Shown: in pieces, positions 1 to 21,015 of the stretch
Layout: every line of letters starts with the position of its first letter
Position numbering within the stretch: the first letter of the stretch is position 1
Assembly: GCF_009914755.1 (NCBI RefSeq)
Contig: NC_060925.1
DNA length: 64,000 nt
Source: the human T2T-CHM13v2.0 reference genome, Homo sapiens
Strand: one strand, 5' to 3'
Position numbers and translations under genes: made by a program
Notes under the pieces: model-generated
The model's database searches: none
Seen by the model: the letters and a program-made list of their open reading frames with translations, nothing else
Told to the model about the DNA's origin: nothing

Positions 1-167
1 CGGTGGCTCATGCCTGTAATCCCAGCACTCTGGGAGGCTGAGGCAGGCAGATCACTTGAGGTCAGGAGTTTGAGACCAGCCTGGCCAACATGGTGAAACC
101 CCGTCTCTACAAAAAATACAAAAATTAGCCGGGCCTGGTGGCAGTCACCTATAATCCCAGCTACTCA

Positions 168-290
<123 letters not shown>

Positions 291-877
291 TCATGGGATA
301 ATTGGGGGTATGTTAATATTGAATTGCCCATTCTATGTTATTAGATATCATGAAACTATTATTGTTATTATTTATTTTTATTTTTGTAGAGATGTGGTCT
401 TGCTGTGTTGCCCAAGCTAGTCTTGAACTCCTGACCTCAAGTGATCCTCCCACCTTGGCCTCCTAAAGTGCTAGGATTACAGGCATGAGCCACTGCGCTG
501 GGCCTATTTCTTGAGATGATAACGTTGTTGTGATTACTCAGTATAACGTCCTTATGCTTAGGAGATGCATGTTGTGACTGTAATATTTACAGGTGGTATC
601 ATGATATGTGAAATGAACTTTCTATTGGTTCAGTAAGAAAAAAAGAGATAAAGCAAATATTGAATTAATAAAATGTTAGTATTATCTGCATCTATATGGA
701 GAATAAATGGTATTCTTTGTACTACTCTTTCAAGTTTTTAATTAAAAATTGGGAAACAGGCCGAGTGCGGTGGCTCATGCCTGTAATCCCAACACTTTGG
801 GAGACCGAGGCCGGCAGATCATGAGGTCAAGAGATGGAGACCATCCTGGCCAACATGGTGAAACCCCGTCTTTACTA

Positions 878-1120
<243 letters not shown>

Positions 1121-1287
1121 TTAATCTTCTCTAATTATGGTTAATTTGGGTGGTAGGACTATATTGGACTATTCTTTTCATCTTTTTCTAAATTTTCCAC
1201 GTGAGCAGATATTTATAATAAAATATTTTAAAATTCAAATTATGTAGCAATATGAGATAAACCTTCAATACCTTTCTAGAAACACAT

Positions 1288-2480
<1,193 letters not shown>

Positions 2481-2570
2481 CGGGGACAGTGAAGTCCTCT
2501 AAGGTGAAAAGTGTGTTTGCTATTGGTTTAAGAAAGCGAGTGCCACTCACGGGGAAGAAGAAGTGTCTTG

Positions 2571-2658
2571 TAAATTATCACTAATCTCCTCAGATGTCAA
2601 TGAATCAGATACTGTAAATTATCCTTACTCTCCTCAGATGTCAGCGAATCAGATACTG
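2571..2658 (+). repeat. 44-bp tandem duplication
   Basis: taaattatcactaatctcctcagatgtcaatgaatcagatactg / taaattatccttactctcctcagatgtcagcgaatcagatactg (about 5 mismatches). Confidence 0.9.
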
Positions 2659-2939
2659 TGTCTTGGCCAGGTGCGTTGGCTCACACCTGTAATCCCAGCA
2701 CTTTGGGAGGCCAAGGTGGGATTGCTTGAGGCCAGGAGTTTCAGACAAGCCTGGGCAACATAGCAAGACCCTGTCTCTACAACAAAATTTAAAAATTAGC
2801 CGGGCATGTACCTGTAGTCCCAGCTACTTGGGAGACTGAGGCAGGAGGATTGCTTGAGCCCAGGAGTTTGAAACTGCAGTGAGGTATGATCTCACCACAG
2901 GACTCACTCCAGCCTGGATGACAGAGTGAGACCCTGTCT

Positions 2940-2986
<47 letters not shown>

Positions 2987-3003
2987 TAAAATCTCTTTTC
3001 TGA

Positions 3004-3343
<340 letters not shown>

Positions 3344-4275
3344 TGAGCCACCGTGCCTGGCCCAAAATGGGCATATTTTTAGAACCTAGACTATTGAGCT
3401 TGTCACTTTTTCTTACAATGTGCCACATTCTGCACCAATGATGCAGGAAATTAACAGCTAGATGTTCTTAGTTCTCCCTCTCCGTGGCGGTTCTGAAGAT
3501 AGGCGGTGAAAGTGGACTGTTCCTCAGAAGCAAAAACTCTCCAGTGTTTCTGATCCATTAGTTCCGTAGCAATGTATGAGTTTTCATAACTATGGTTATG
3601 TATTTTGGTAAGCTGCTATCTTCATGCAACAGTCAATTTCACTGAACTTCATTTCCTCTAAGTATGTTAGATTACATATTTCACAATGTATTATTTGAAA
3701 CAAACCAATCTCATTGAAAAACCCAGTTGAGAAGCTTCATGAATAATTTAACTGCTTGCTTTTCCTCTCAGATTTCACACATTTTGCCACGTCATTATTT
3801 AAGGAAACTTTCTCATATTGTAATACTTCCTCTTTTCTATTCAAAGAAATTGTAAACATATCAGCAAAAAGGGAACCACAGTTTTATCTGGAACACTAAT
3901 ATATTTAGAGTGAACAACACTGCCACCCTAAGATTTCCCAGTAACCTAGATGCATTTTGCTGTACTCAAGCAGGCTGATATGATTGCAGTTTGGGGAAAA
4001 ATTTATATTATATAGAGTGTGGTTTCTTTTGGAGTGGTTTGCTAGTTTCTCCAATGCTGTTTGTCATATATGTAAAAGTAAAAACAGTTGGTATTGTGTA
4101 GCAGTATAGAATACTACCTATGTTCTCTCTCTATATATATGCCCCAGAGAACCATTTGTTTCCATTCAGAGTGATAAGGTTATACAAGACCTACTTGGCC
4201 ATGCAAGACAAGTTCTTTTCTTCATTTCTGTCTACAAATTCAGATCATTTCTCCATAGTTCAAGATAGCTATCTA

Positions 4276-4440
<165 letters not shown>

Positions 4441-6242
4441 TCACCTGCAGTCCCAGCTACTTGGGAGTCTGAGGTGGGAGGATCACCTGAGCCTGGACTG
4501 GTTGAGATCACGCCACTGCACTCCAGCCTGGGTGGAGACCCTGTCTCAAACAAACAAACAAAAAACAAAAAACAACACAAAGAATGGTAGAGAGAGCTGT
4601 AAAAGTAAAGAATCTATGAAGGTCTTTTGAGCTCAAAAATGTTTCTATTTCAATTATCATTTAAAACATGTTCACTATGAAGGTGGGCTTCCTGACTTGA
4701 TTCACTCATTGAAATTCATAGTAGGGTCAGTTGATGACCAAGAAACTTAGCTATTTCAAAATCATGGGGTATAAGTCTTAACATCAAATAATGCATATGT
4801 AACTCAAACTTCTCATCTTTAGCATCATCAGTTCAAAAATTATATACGTTACTCCACTAATTAGGCATAACACTTCATTAGAAGTTATATATGCATTCAA
4901 AGCCACCTCCAGCTGCACCAGCCTATAATGAGCTGTTTATTTGTTCATGTGACAATCTTATATTGCTACCTATTATTTCATGTGCACGTAGATACTCGAT
5001 AAAGTCTTTTAAAATGAATGAATGCAAATCTTCTGCCTCCCACAGTGCCTGTTCTTAAATCCTAAGCCCCATTATTGCTACTCCCTGCCACCTCCATTCC
5101 ATAAACTGCAGGGCCATTGTTCTATAAGCTGCTTGAGTTTAAGAGTGTTGCTTTCACAGCTCTCTTCATACGTACAGGAAGGCTCTGCTTCTCCTTCCCA
5201 AGACACTCAGGGAATCTTTCCAGGATGCTTCCCATTCACTCTACTGAATTCACCTACTCCCTCTTGCTACCTCTGCTTATAGTATTTTGCTTCAGACCCA
5301 ATTGTCACCCACTGGTCCCTGAGATAGGCAAAAGATGCTTTAGACTATTTTCTTGGGTGCTGCCCTCGGGCTCCACATCCTGCAGCCTGCCTCATTCCCA
5401 TTCTGGAAGGGAGTTCAGATAGCTTGAACTTAGTAGTAAGGGTGATCTGACTCCTGTGATCATTGACTTCAGTGTTCACCAGGCTGCTTAGCAAAGGGCC
5501 CTCTTCATCACTCCCTTCATCATTCAGTTAAGGGAAAAGATCTCAAGAACGCAGAGGCATAGAGAGGCACCTCAATGGCACTGTGCTTTGCAGACATATG
5601 AGTTGTCATGGCAGACGGTGGTGGTGACGATCACTGCTGCCTGTATCTTTATAACCTTAGAGAAATCTGAACTTCTCTTTAAGGAAATCTATGTGTAATT
5701 TCCTTCTCTGGTTGCTTCATAGGGCAGTCAAGGCGGCAGGAAGCCACAAAGCCCTGGCTAACAAATTAAAGCAATGTTTATATGCTAGGCTTGGTCTTTC
5801 CTAATGAAGGAGAGGCTGCTGACTAGTGGGGCTCAGGTCAGACTTCCTGTCACCAGCTGGGCTTGCACACGTAGGGAACACTGACGAATGGCTTGGGCTT
5901 TGTGCCCCATCAGCACTGGGCCCTCATGGCCCAGTCACAGGAATATGGCTAGCAAGGCAGCACGACTGCTTTACACCAGAGTTCAGGGAAAGGCATCACA
6001 TCCCTCAAGCCACCCAAGCAAGAAGTCTGGTGGTCGTCCTAGCCTCTTGCTCTGCCTCATACCTCACAGACGATTTGTTTACCATGTCATAAAGATTTTA
6101 CTTCTTAAATACCTCTCAAATCCATCCCCTTTCCTCTCAATGGCTCTGGCCACTGACTTAATTCAGGTCCTCATCATTGATCATCAGAGTTACTAAAATG
6201 AGAAGCAAGTGGCTTCCGTGGGGCTGGCCTCTTCACCTCTAA

Positions 6243-10920
<4,678 letters not shown>

Positions 10921-11249
10921 TGAGAATAGATTGTAAGAAGACAAGGGTAGAGGCAAGGACAGCTGTTAGAAGACTGTTGCAAAACCCCAAGCTAGAAATG
11001 CTGGTGGCCTGGACAAGGGTGGGAGCAGTAGAGGTGGCAAGACATAGTTGAATTCTGGATATAGCTTAAAGGTCAGATAGGATCTCCTAATGGCATGAAT
11101 GGGGGATAAAAGAGAAAAAGGGGTGACAAGGATGATGTCAAGGTTTTGGGTCTGAGAAACTCTAAGGATGAAGTTGCCACTAGCTGAGATAGGGGAAGAC
11201 TTGCAGGGGCAGGTTTCAGGGGAAGATCAGGAGTTTTGACCTGGCCTTG

Positions 11250-13640
11250 TGTATTAATCCATTCTTGCATTGCTATAAAGAACCACCTGAGACTGGGTAA
11301 TTTATAAAGAAAAGAGATTTAATCAACTCACGGTTCTGTGGGCTTTACATGCTTCTGCTTCTGGGGAGGCCTCAGGAAACTTAGAATCATGGCAGAAGGC
11401 AAAGGGGAAGCAAGCACATCTTCACATGGCTGGCAGGAGAGAGAGAGCAAAGGGGGAAATGCTATACACTTTTAAACAATCAAGTATCATGAGAACTCAC
11501 TCATCATGAGAACAGCAAAGGAGAAGTCTGCCCCCATGATCCAATTACCTTCCCACCAGGACCCTCCTCCAACATTGAAGATTACAATTTGACATGAAAT
11601 TTGGGTGGGGACACAGAGCCAAACCATATCATTCCACTCCTGGCCCATCCCAAATATCATGTCCTCACATTTCAAAACACAATTATGCTTTCCAAACAGT
11701 CTCCCAAAGTCTTAACTCATTTCAGCATTAACTCAAAAGTCCAAGTCCAAAGTTTCATCTGAGATAAGGCAGTCCCTTCTGCCTATGAGCCTGTAAAATC
11801 AAAAGCAAGTTAGTTACATCTAGGATACAATAAGGGTACAGGCATTGGGTAAATGTTCCTGTTCCAAAAGGGAGACATTGGCCAAAACAAAGGGGTTACA
11901 GGCCCCATGCAAGTCCGAAACCCAGCAGGGCAGTCATTAAATCTTAGAGCTCCAAAATAATATCCTTTGATTCCATGTCTAACATCCAGGCCACACTGAT
12001 GCAAGGGGTAGGCTCCCAAGGTCTTGGACAGCTCTGCTTCTGGCGGCTCTGCAGGGCTTAGTGCCCCATGGCCGCTCTCACAGGCTGGTGTTGAGTGCCT
12101 GTGGCTTTTCCAAGCACACAGTGCAAACTGTTGATGGAGCTACCATTCTGGGGTGTGGAGGACAGTGGCCCTCTTCTCACAGCTCCACTTGGCAGTGCCC
12201 CAGTGGAGACTCTTTGTGGGGACTTCAACCCCATATTTCCCCTCCACAGTACCCTAGTAGAGGTTCTCCACAAGGGCTCCGCCCCTGAAGCAAATTTCTG
12301 CCTGGATATCCAGTTGTTTCCATACATCCTCAGAAATCTGAAAGAATGGAGGCTCCCAAGCCTCAACTCTTGCCCTCTGAGCACCTGCAGGCTTAACACC
12401 ATCTGGAAGCCTCCAAGGCTTGTGTCTTATACCCTCTGGAGCAGCAACCTGAAACATATCTGGAGTCCTTTTAGCCATGGCTGGAGCTGGAGCAGCTAAA
12501 GCACAGGGAACAGGGTCCCAAGGCTGCACAGAATAGCAGGGCCCTAAGCCTGACCCACAAAACTGTTTTTCCCTCCTAGGCCTCCAGGCCTGTGATGAGA
12601 GGGGCTGCCACGAAAGTCTCTGAAATGTCTTGGGGGCATTTTTCCCATTGTCTTGGCTGTTAACATACGGCTCCTCTTTACTTACACAAATTTTTGCAGC
12701 TAGGTTGAATTCCTCCCCAGAAAATGGTTTTTTCTTTTCTAATACATGGCCAGGCTGCACATTTCCAAACTTTAATACTCCATTTCCCTTTTAAATGTAA
12801 GTTCCAGTTTCAGATAATCTCTTTCCTCAGAAATATGAGCATACACTGTTAGAAGGAGCCAGGCCATATCTTGAATGCTTTGCTACTTAGAAATATTTTC
12901 TGCCAGATACCCTAAATCATCTCTCTCAAGTTCAAAGTTCAACAGATCCCTATAGCAGGGGCACAATGCCACTAGTCTCTTTGCTAAAGCATAGCAAGAG
13001 TGACCTTTACTGTAGCTCCCAATAAGGTCCTCATCTCCATCTGAGAACTCCTCAGCCTGGACTTCATTGTCCATATCACCATCAGCATTTTGGTTACAAC
13101 CATTCAACAAGTCTCTAGGAAGTTCCAAACTTTTCCTTATCTTCCTGTCTTCTTCTGAGCCCTCCAAACTCTTCCAACTTCTGCCTGTTACCCAGTTCCA
13201 AAGTCACTTCCACATTTTCAGGTATCTTTATAGCAATGTCCCAACTCTCTGGTACCACTTTTCTGTATTAGTTCATTCTCACATTGTTATAAAGAACTAC
13301 CTGAGTCTGGATAATCTGTAAGGAAAAGAGATTTAGTCAGCTCAGGGTTCTGTGGGCTGTACAGGCTTCTGCTTCTGGGGAGGACTCAGGAAACTTACAA
13401 TCATGGTGGAAAGCAAAGGGGAAGTAAGCACATCTTCACATAGCTGGTGGAAGAGAGAGAGCATAGGGGGAAGTGCTACACATTTTTAAACAACCAGATC
13501 TCGTGAGAACTTACTATCACAAGAACAGCAAGGGAGAAGTCCACCCCCATGATCCAATCACCTCCCACTAGGCCCCTCCTCCAACATTGGGGATTACAAT
13601 TCAACATGAGATGTGGGTGGGAACGCAGAGCCAAACCACA
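11250..13640 (-). mobile_element. Full-length MaLR element (MST-type LTR - internal - LTR)
   Basis: Two direct ~380-bp LTRs (11250-11631, 13264-13640), both beginning tgtatta on the + strand (the left ends aaccatatca, the right aaccaca); ~1.6-kb MaLR internal region with decayed ORF pieces (12254-12760, 12883-13167); flanked by the direct repeat ggccttg. Confidence 0.88.
11332..11429 (-). CDS. ZNF695: Alternative downstream ZNF695 exon exonised from an MST LTR (short KRAB-only isoform)
   Basis: ctctcctgccag|CCA TGT GAA GAT...ACA GAA CC|gtgagt, 98 nt, open as PCEDVLASPLPSAMILSFLRPPQKQKHVKPTE. It is phase-compatible with the internal exon-4 donor ATT|GTGGGT (exon end 31758) and matches my recollection of a short ZNF695 isoform C-terminus. 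Confidence 0.7.
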
Positions 13641-13809
13641 GGCCTTGTAAAGTTAGAGATACTTAAAGAGTCAACTTGAGTATCTTCTCCTAAAATCCTT
13701 TCCAGTATTGCTATCATAGCACTTAGTATAGAGAGCAGCTCTTTTAACACAGGTGTTTTTGAGTTTTAAATTACGCATTAATTCAAAGTAAACTAGTGTT
13801 AAGAACAAA

Positions 13810-15496
<1,687 letters not shown>

Positions 15497-16662
15497 GTGC
15501 ACCACCACACCCGGCTAATTTTTTGTATTTTTAGTACAGACGGGGTTTCACCATCTTGAACTTCATCAGGAGTTCAAGGCCAGGCTGGTCTTGAACTCCT
15601 GATCTCAGGTGATCCATCCACCGGGGCCTCCCAAAGTGCTGGGATTGCCTCAGCTCCTTCCCTCCCCCGGCTCAGACAACTTGCCCCTGAGGGCAGGGGC
15701 CTGCTGGTTTATTTAAAATGGATGGAGCCCAACAAGTGCAGAGAAGCGCAACCATGCAGGGAGAAAGCACTGTAGCAGGTCGGTGCTCCGCCTCCTCTTG
15801 CCACTGACTGCCGACTGAAGGCCACTGGCCTGTGCCTACTAACCAGGCCTCCTAGGTCACCTGGTTACCAGAAACCAATCACTCCTAGAGTTCCTGTCCC
15901 AGGCACTTGGCTCACAATGCCCTGTGGCTACCCAAACCGGTGGCTGTCCCCTCCCACAGCAACCCCCCAAGTGGTTGCCCTGCCCCACCATAATTCTGAT
16001 TTTCCTTCCTTTCTGGCTGCTGGGAGCTTTTAAGTTTCTGCGTTGTTATGAAGTCTCTCTGGATCATCACCTTACAATGGATTATGCTTAAATTACTACT
16101 GTAATCAAATCTAAGTCTTGTGCACTACTGGGAATCCAAAAAGCCTCCTCTCCCCAGTGGCCTCTGAGTTTTTTTTGAGACGAAGTCTCATTCTGTCGCC
16201 CAGGCTGGAGTAAATGGCGTGATCTCGGCTCGCTGCAACCTCCGCCTCCCGGGTTCAAGCAGTTCTCTGCCTCAGCCTCCCAAGTAGCTGGGATTACAGA
16301 CACCTGCCACCACGCCCAGCTAATTTTTGTATTTTTAGTAGAGACAGGGTTTCACCATGTTGGCCAGGCTGGTCTTGAACTCCTGACCTTGAGTTCTACC
16401 CACCTTGGCCTCCCAAAGTGCTGGGATTGCAGGCGTGAGCCACTGAGCCCGGCAGCCTCTGGGTTTTTTAGAAACGCAAAAGAACACCGATTTCTGCAGG
16501 TGCTTTCAGAAAAAAAATTTGTCATGAGTCAAGTCTACTCTGTGATGTCAACTTATATTTTTAATGTGTATATATATATATATATACTATATAAATTCTT
16601 ACATATTTCTGAAAATATCACACACATTAAATCAAACAGAAGAGTAATAGGAAATTTCCTAA

Positions 16663-17001
<339 letters not shown>

Positions 17002-17289
17002 TAATGATTGCTTTGATAGAGCAACTTAGAATCTATGGTTCCAACAAATAAGGAGGCTTATGTAAAGTAAAACCACTACATAATGTGAGATTATACATGT
17101 GATTATCATTGCTACTTGCGACCAGCAATTATCATGTGAATGTGTACCGTGAGTTGCTATGTGGCTATGGTGATTTCATCTTTCTGATCCTTGATTTAAC
17201 TATAAAAAAATGATTACCACAGACTTTGTTTGCTCTAAAAATTAAATGAGAGAAGGATGATACTCTTCTATGTATTAAACACAAAATTA

Positions 17290-17520
17290 CAGGCATTTTG
17301 CCCAGATTCGTACACAATTATCTTGTTTAAGCCTCATAACAACTTGAAAAAGGCATCTTTTATAGATGAGAAAAGCGAAGATCAGAGGGGTTAAAAACAT
17401 ATCCACAATCACATAATGATGAATGATGGAATTGGGATTCAAATCCAGGTCTGATGGACTCCACAGCTGGTGCATCTTAAGAACCAAATTATATCCCACC
17501 CATGTAGGCACTCAATAGAT
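17290..17520 (-). mobile_element. MIR SINE relic
   Basis: Core ttttatagatgagaaaagcgaagatcagagggg...gggattcaaatccaggtctg. Confidence 0.65.
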
Positions 17521-18489
17521 GTGAATTCCCTTTTATTACCCTATTATGTGTGAATGTCAGTGCCTTTCATGGCCTCAGTATAACCGTTCACTCCCTCCCA
17601 GGTTGCCTGTCAGTGGTTTCCTTCTTCCTGGAGATAATCAAGAATTATTAATTATTTTAAGTATTTTTAAGTATTAAGTATTTTTTCATAAGCAGATGTG
17701 CTGATAATGTAAGGCTTGGGTAATGAAATTTTCCAGGCCATCCATTGCTAACTTATTAATTGCCTAGCTTATTTGGAATAAAAAAAAAAAAACAAACAAA
17801 CAAAAACAAACAAAAAACAACAACAAAAAACCTATTACATGTTAAAAAGAACCCACAGAGCTTGTGAGGAAAGAGTCTGAACTATGCTGCAGGAGCACCT
17901 TACTATCAGTTATTCGGGAAGACCAGCCCAAAGACACAAAGCAAGAGTACTTCTAACATGCATTGGAATATCAGATCTCTGGTCTAGGATTCAAAATACT
18001 GGGTTATGAGTCCCTCCAGAGCTAAGATACAGTAGACTAACACCTGTTTTTGGCTCTGGGGAGAAAAAACAGAGAGGCAAAGATCAAAAGTACTAGAAGA
18101 GTTCTAGAGATTTGTGGACTACCATGTACATATAGTTAGCTATATCGTATCATACATCTAAAATTTTCCTAAGGGAGTAAATTTCATATCATGTGGCTTT
18201 TTTAACCACAATTAAAATAAAAAACATAGATATGATACTATAAAAGAGAGTGGGCATAATGGAAGAGTAATACTCAGGTGAGAGGGAGAGAAGGAGAAGC
18301 CTTGCTTCCCAGGATAAAGGGAAAAGGGAAAATCAATGCAGATATGGAATAGCAGGTACATGAGGACTCTGAGGTAGAAATAAGCTTGGTAAGTTGACAT
18401 TGTCTAGCCCAGATCTTTCCAGAAAAGCAGCACATCTAGTCCCAGGCATTTCACTCCTCTCACCACCTCTCCTGCTGACCCACCGCCAC

Positions 18490-18900
18490 AGTGGCCTTAT
18501 TGACTTTTCGGGAACATGGCCAGCTTTCCCTTGCTTTTGGTTCCTTTCAACCTTGTCACTTCCTGTGATTGGAAGGTCTTTGTATGGCTGACTCCTTTCA
18601 TCTTTCTTCTCCATTATTACTTCCTCAGAGAGTTCTTCCCTTCCGAGCCTCATGGAGACCCACTCACTGTACCATTATTCATTTTTATTTACTTCATTCC
18701 ATTTATTATTTGAAAATATCTTAATTAGTTGTTTTTGCATTTACGATTAGTCTCCTTTAACCACATTGTGAGTTCCATAGGCTAAGGATCCTTACATATA
18801 TTGTCATTCACCATATAAACCAATTCTTAAGACAGATTTTATGACAGTGTAGGCATTCCATGAATACGTACTGCATTCATAAATAAATAAATGAGTGATA
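18490..18900 (+). mobile_element. L2 3' end relic
   Basis: Pyrimidine-rich body ending ...gtaggcattccatgaata...aaataaataaatgagtga, typical of L2 3' termini. Confidence 0.45.
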
Positions 18901-19510
18901 TGCTGTTGGCAAAATGAATATAAGCAGAAATTGTAACTTCGGAACACTGATATCCACCAATATTTATTGTGAATTTATTGGATAGTGTATTTTCCATATA
19001 TTTATGTGTCATGACCTACATTTAACTCCAAAGGAAATATGCAATCTATATAAATCCATTTTTCTGCCTTCTAGAAGCTTAGTCTACGGAGGAAACATAT
19101 GAACGCAGACCATTAAAATACAATGTGATGAAGATTTTAACAATTACAATGCACTGAAGTTTTGGACTGAGGGCTGTGGGAGCAATAATACAGTGCTTCG
19201 AACTTAAGTAAAATGAAACAAGAACAGTTTTACTAACATGCTGAGAACATGAAAGTTCAGAGTTTGGCATGCAAATGCTGAGGGCTGAGGAGTAATCATG
19301 AGGCAGAGGAGCTAGGAAGCATATACAACCCTCCCAAGATTTTCATTGACAGTAAGGAGTAAGCTAAGGTGTAAACTGAGCAGGAGACAGTATCAAGAAA
19401 ATGATTTAAATTATGTCTCTGAGGGAATTAAGCCAAGTGAAAGAAAAATCGAAGACAACTAAAACAAAAGGGAATCTTTAAAGAGGCTAAGTCTCAAAAG
19501 AGGTAAAAGA

Positions 19511-19588
19511 GAAGAGAACAACTTATTCTATTAGGCGAAGAGAACAACTTATTCTATTAGGCGAAGAGAATAACTTATTCTATTAGGC
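19511..19588 (+). repeat. 26-bp tandem repeat x3
   Basis: gaagagaacaacttattctattaggc x2 plus gaagagaataacttattctattaggc; no spacers. Confidence 0.95.
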
Positions 19589-20166
19589 AGGAGGGAAGGA
19601 GGAAACGACCATCTCTGAAGGGAAATCTCAAGGTTAAGAGAGAGAGGCTTCCCAAGCATAAGATGAACAGTTTCTATTTTCCCATGAAGAATGAGATAGA
19701 CCATCTGCTGATACTGGCTGGTGAGGGAGACGCTGAGGGAGAGGCAGGGACAAGAACTTTATTGGTTTATAATTGGTGTGCAATGTTGCTGCCCTAAGCT
19801 GCATCCTCACACATAAAAAACTTGTCCTTATGTCTCTCTTGAAATCTATGCAGAAACTAGATGTGGCACACTGTCCACATGGGGGACAGAACACAAGGTT
19901 ACAGAAGCACCACAACAAGAATGAAATAGTCATTTCTACATTTGCAAAACAATTTTTTAATTAGCTAATTATTTAGCTCAATGATTGCTATATCCCTGTA
20001 GGTATATGTGCTCAAGGATCAGTTATTATTTCTTTAAATCCTTTTGAGGCATTCAAAGACATAAGACATTCTATTTCAGTGGGAATGTTGTAGTAGGCAA
20101 CATTTGCTGTAAATAAACAACACATGACAAAAGGAGTAAATTACACTGGCCAGGCGTGGTGGCTCA

Positions 20167-20529
<363 letters not shown>

Positions 20530-20913
20530 CTATAAAGTTCAGAAAACCAGAATGAGAAGCAGCTACTTTTTAAACTTTAGACATTATAAATTTACAATTC
20601 AACATGAGATTTGGGCAGGGACACATATCCAAACTACAACAATACTTACAAAGTCAACCTCAGATCAGTTACGCACATATTTTCTATCATTCCCAGTTCC
20701 CTGCCATTCGCAAAGTTTATGAGCATTTTTTATGTTCCCTCAAGCCCCAGATATAAATGTAAGAGCGTTGTGCCAGCTAACAAAAACTTTCATATGTGCC
20801 AAAATAAATCTACTCATCAGTGCCCACTGGTATTTTAATGGCTCAATAGAAATGTTTTGTACAAGGTTGTGAAGGCCTTTATGAAAGGATACATTTTTTG
20901 TTGTTGTTTTTGA

Positions 20914-21015
<102 letters not shown>

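Noticed and set aside
12058-13321. Several 75-168 aa ORFs
   Set aside because: Fragments of the decayed MaLR internal region, broken by stops and frameshifts.
19511-19588. CRISPR-like direct repeats (26 bp x3)
   Set aside because: The repeats are contiguous with no spacers, there are no cas genes, and the context is eukaryotic; this is a minisatellite.
19634-19933. 99-aa minus-strand ORF in unique sequence
   Set aside because: No recognisable domain, splice framework or compositional signal; length is within chance expectation.
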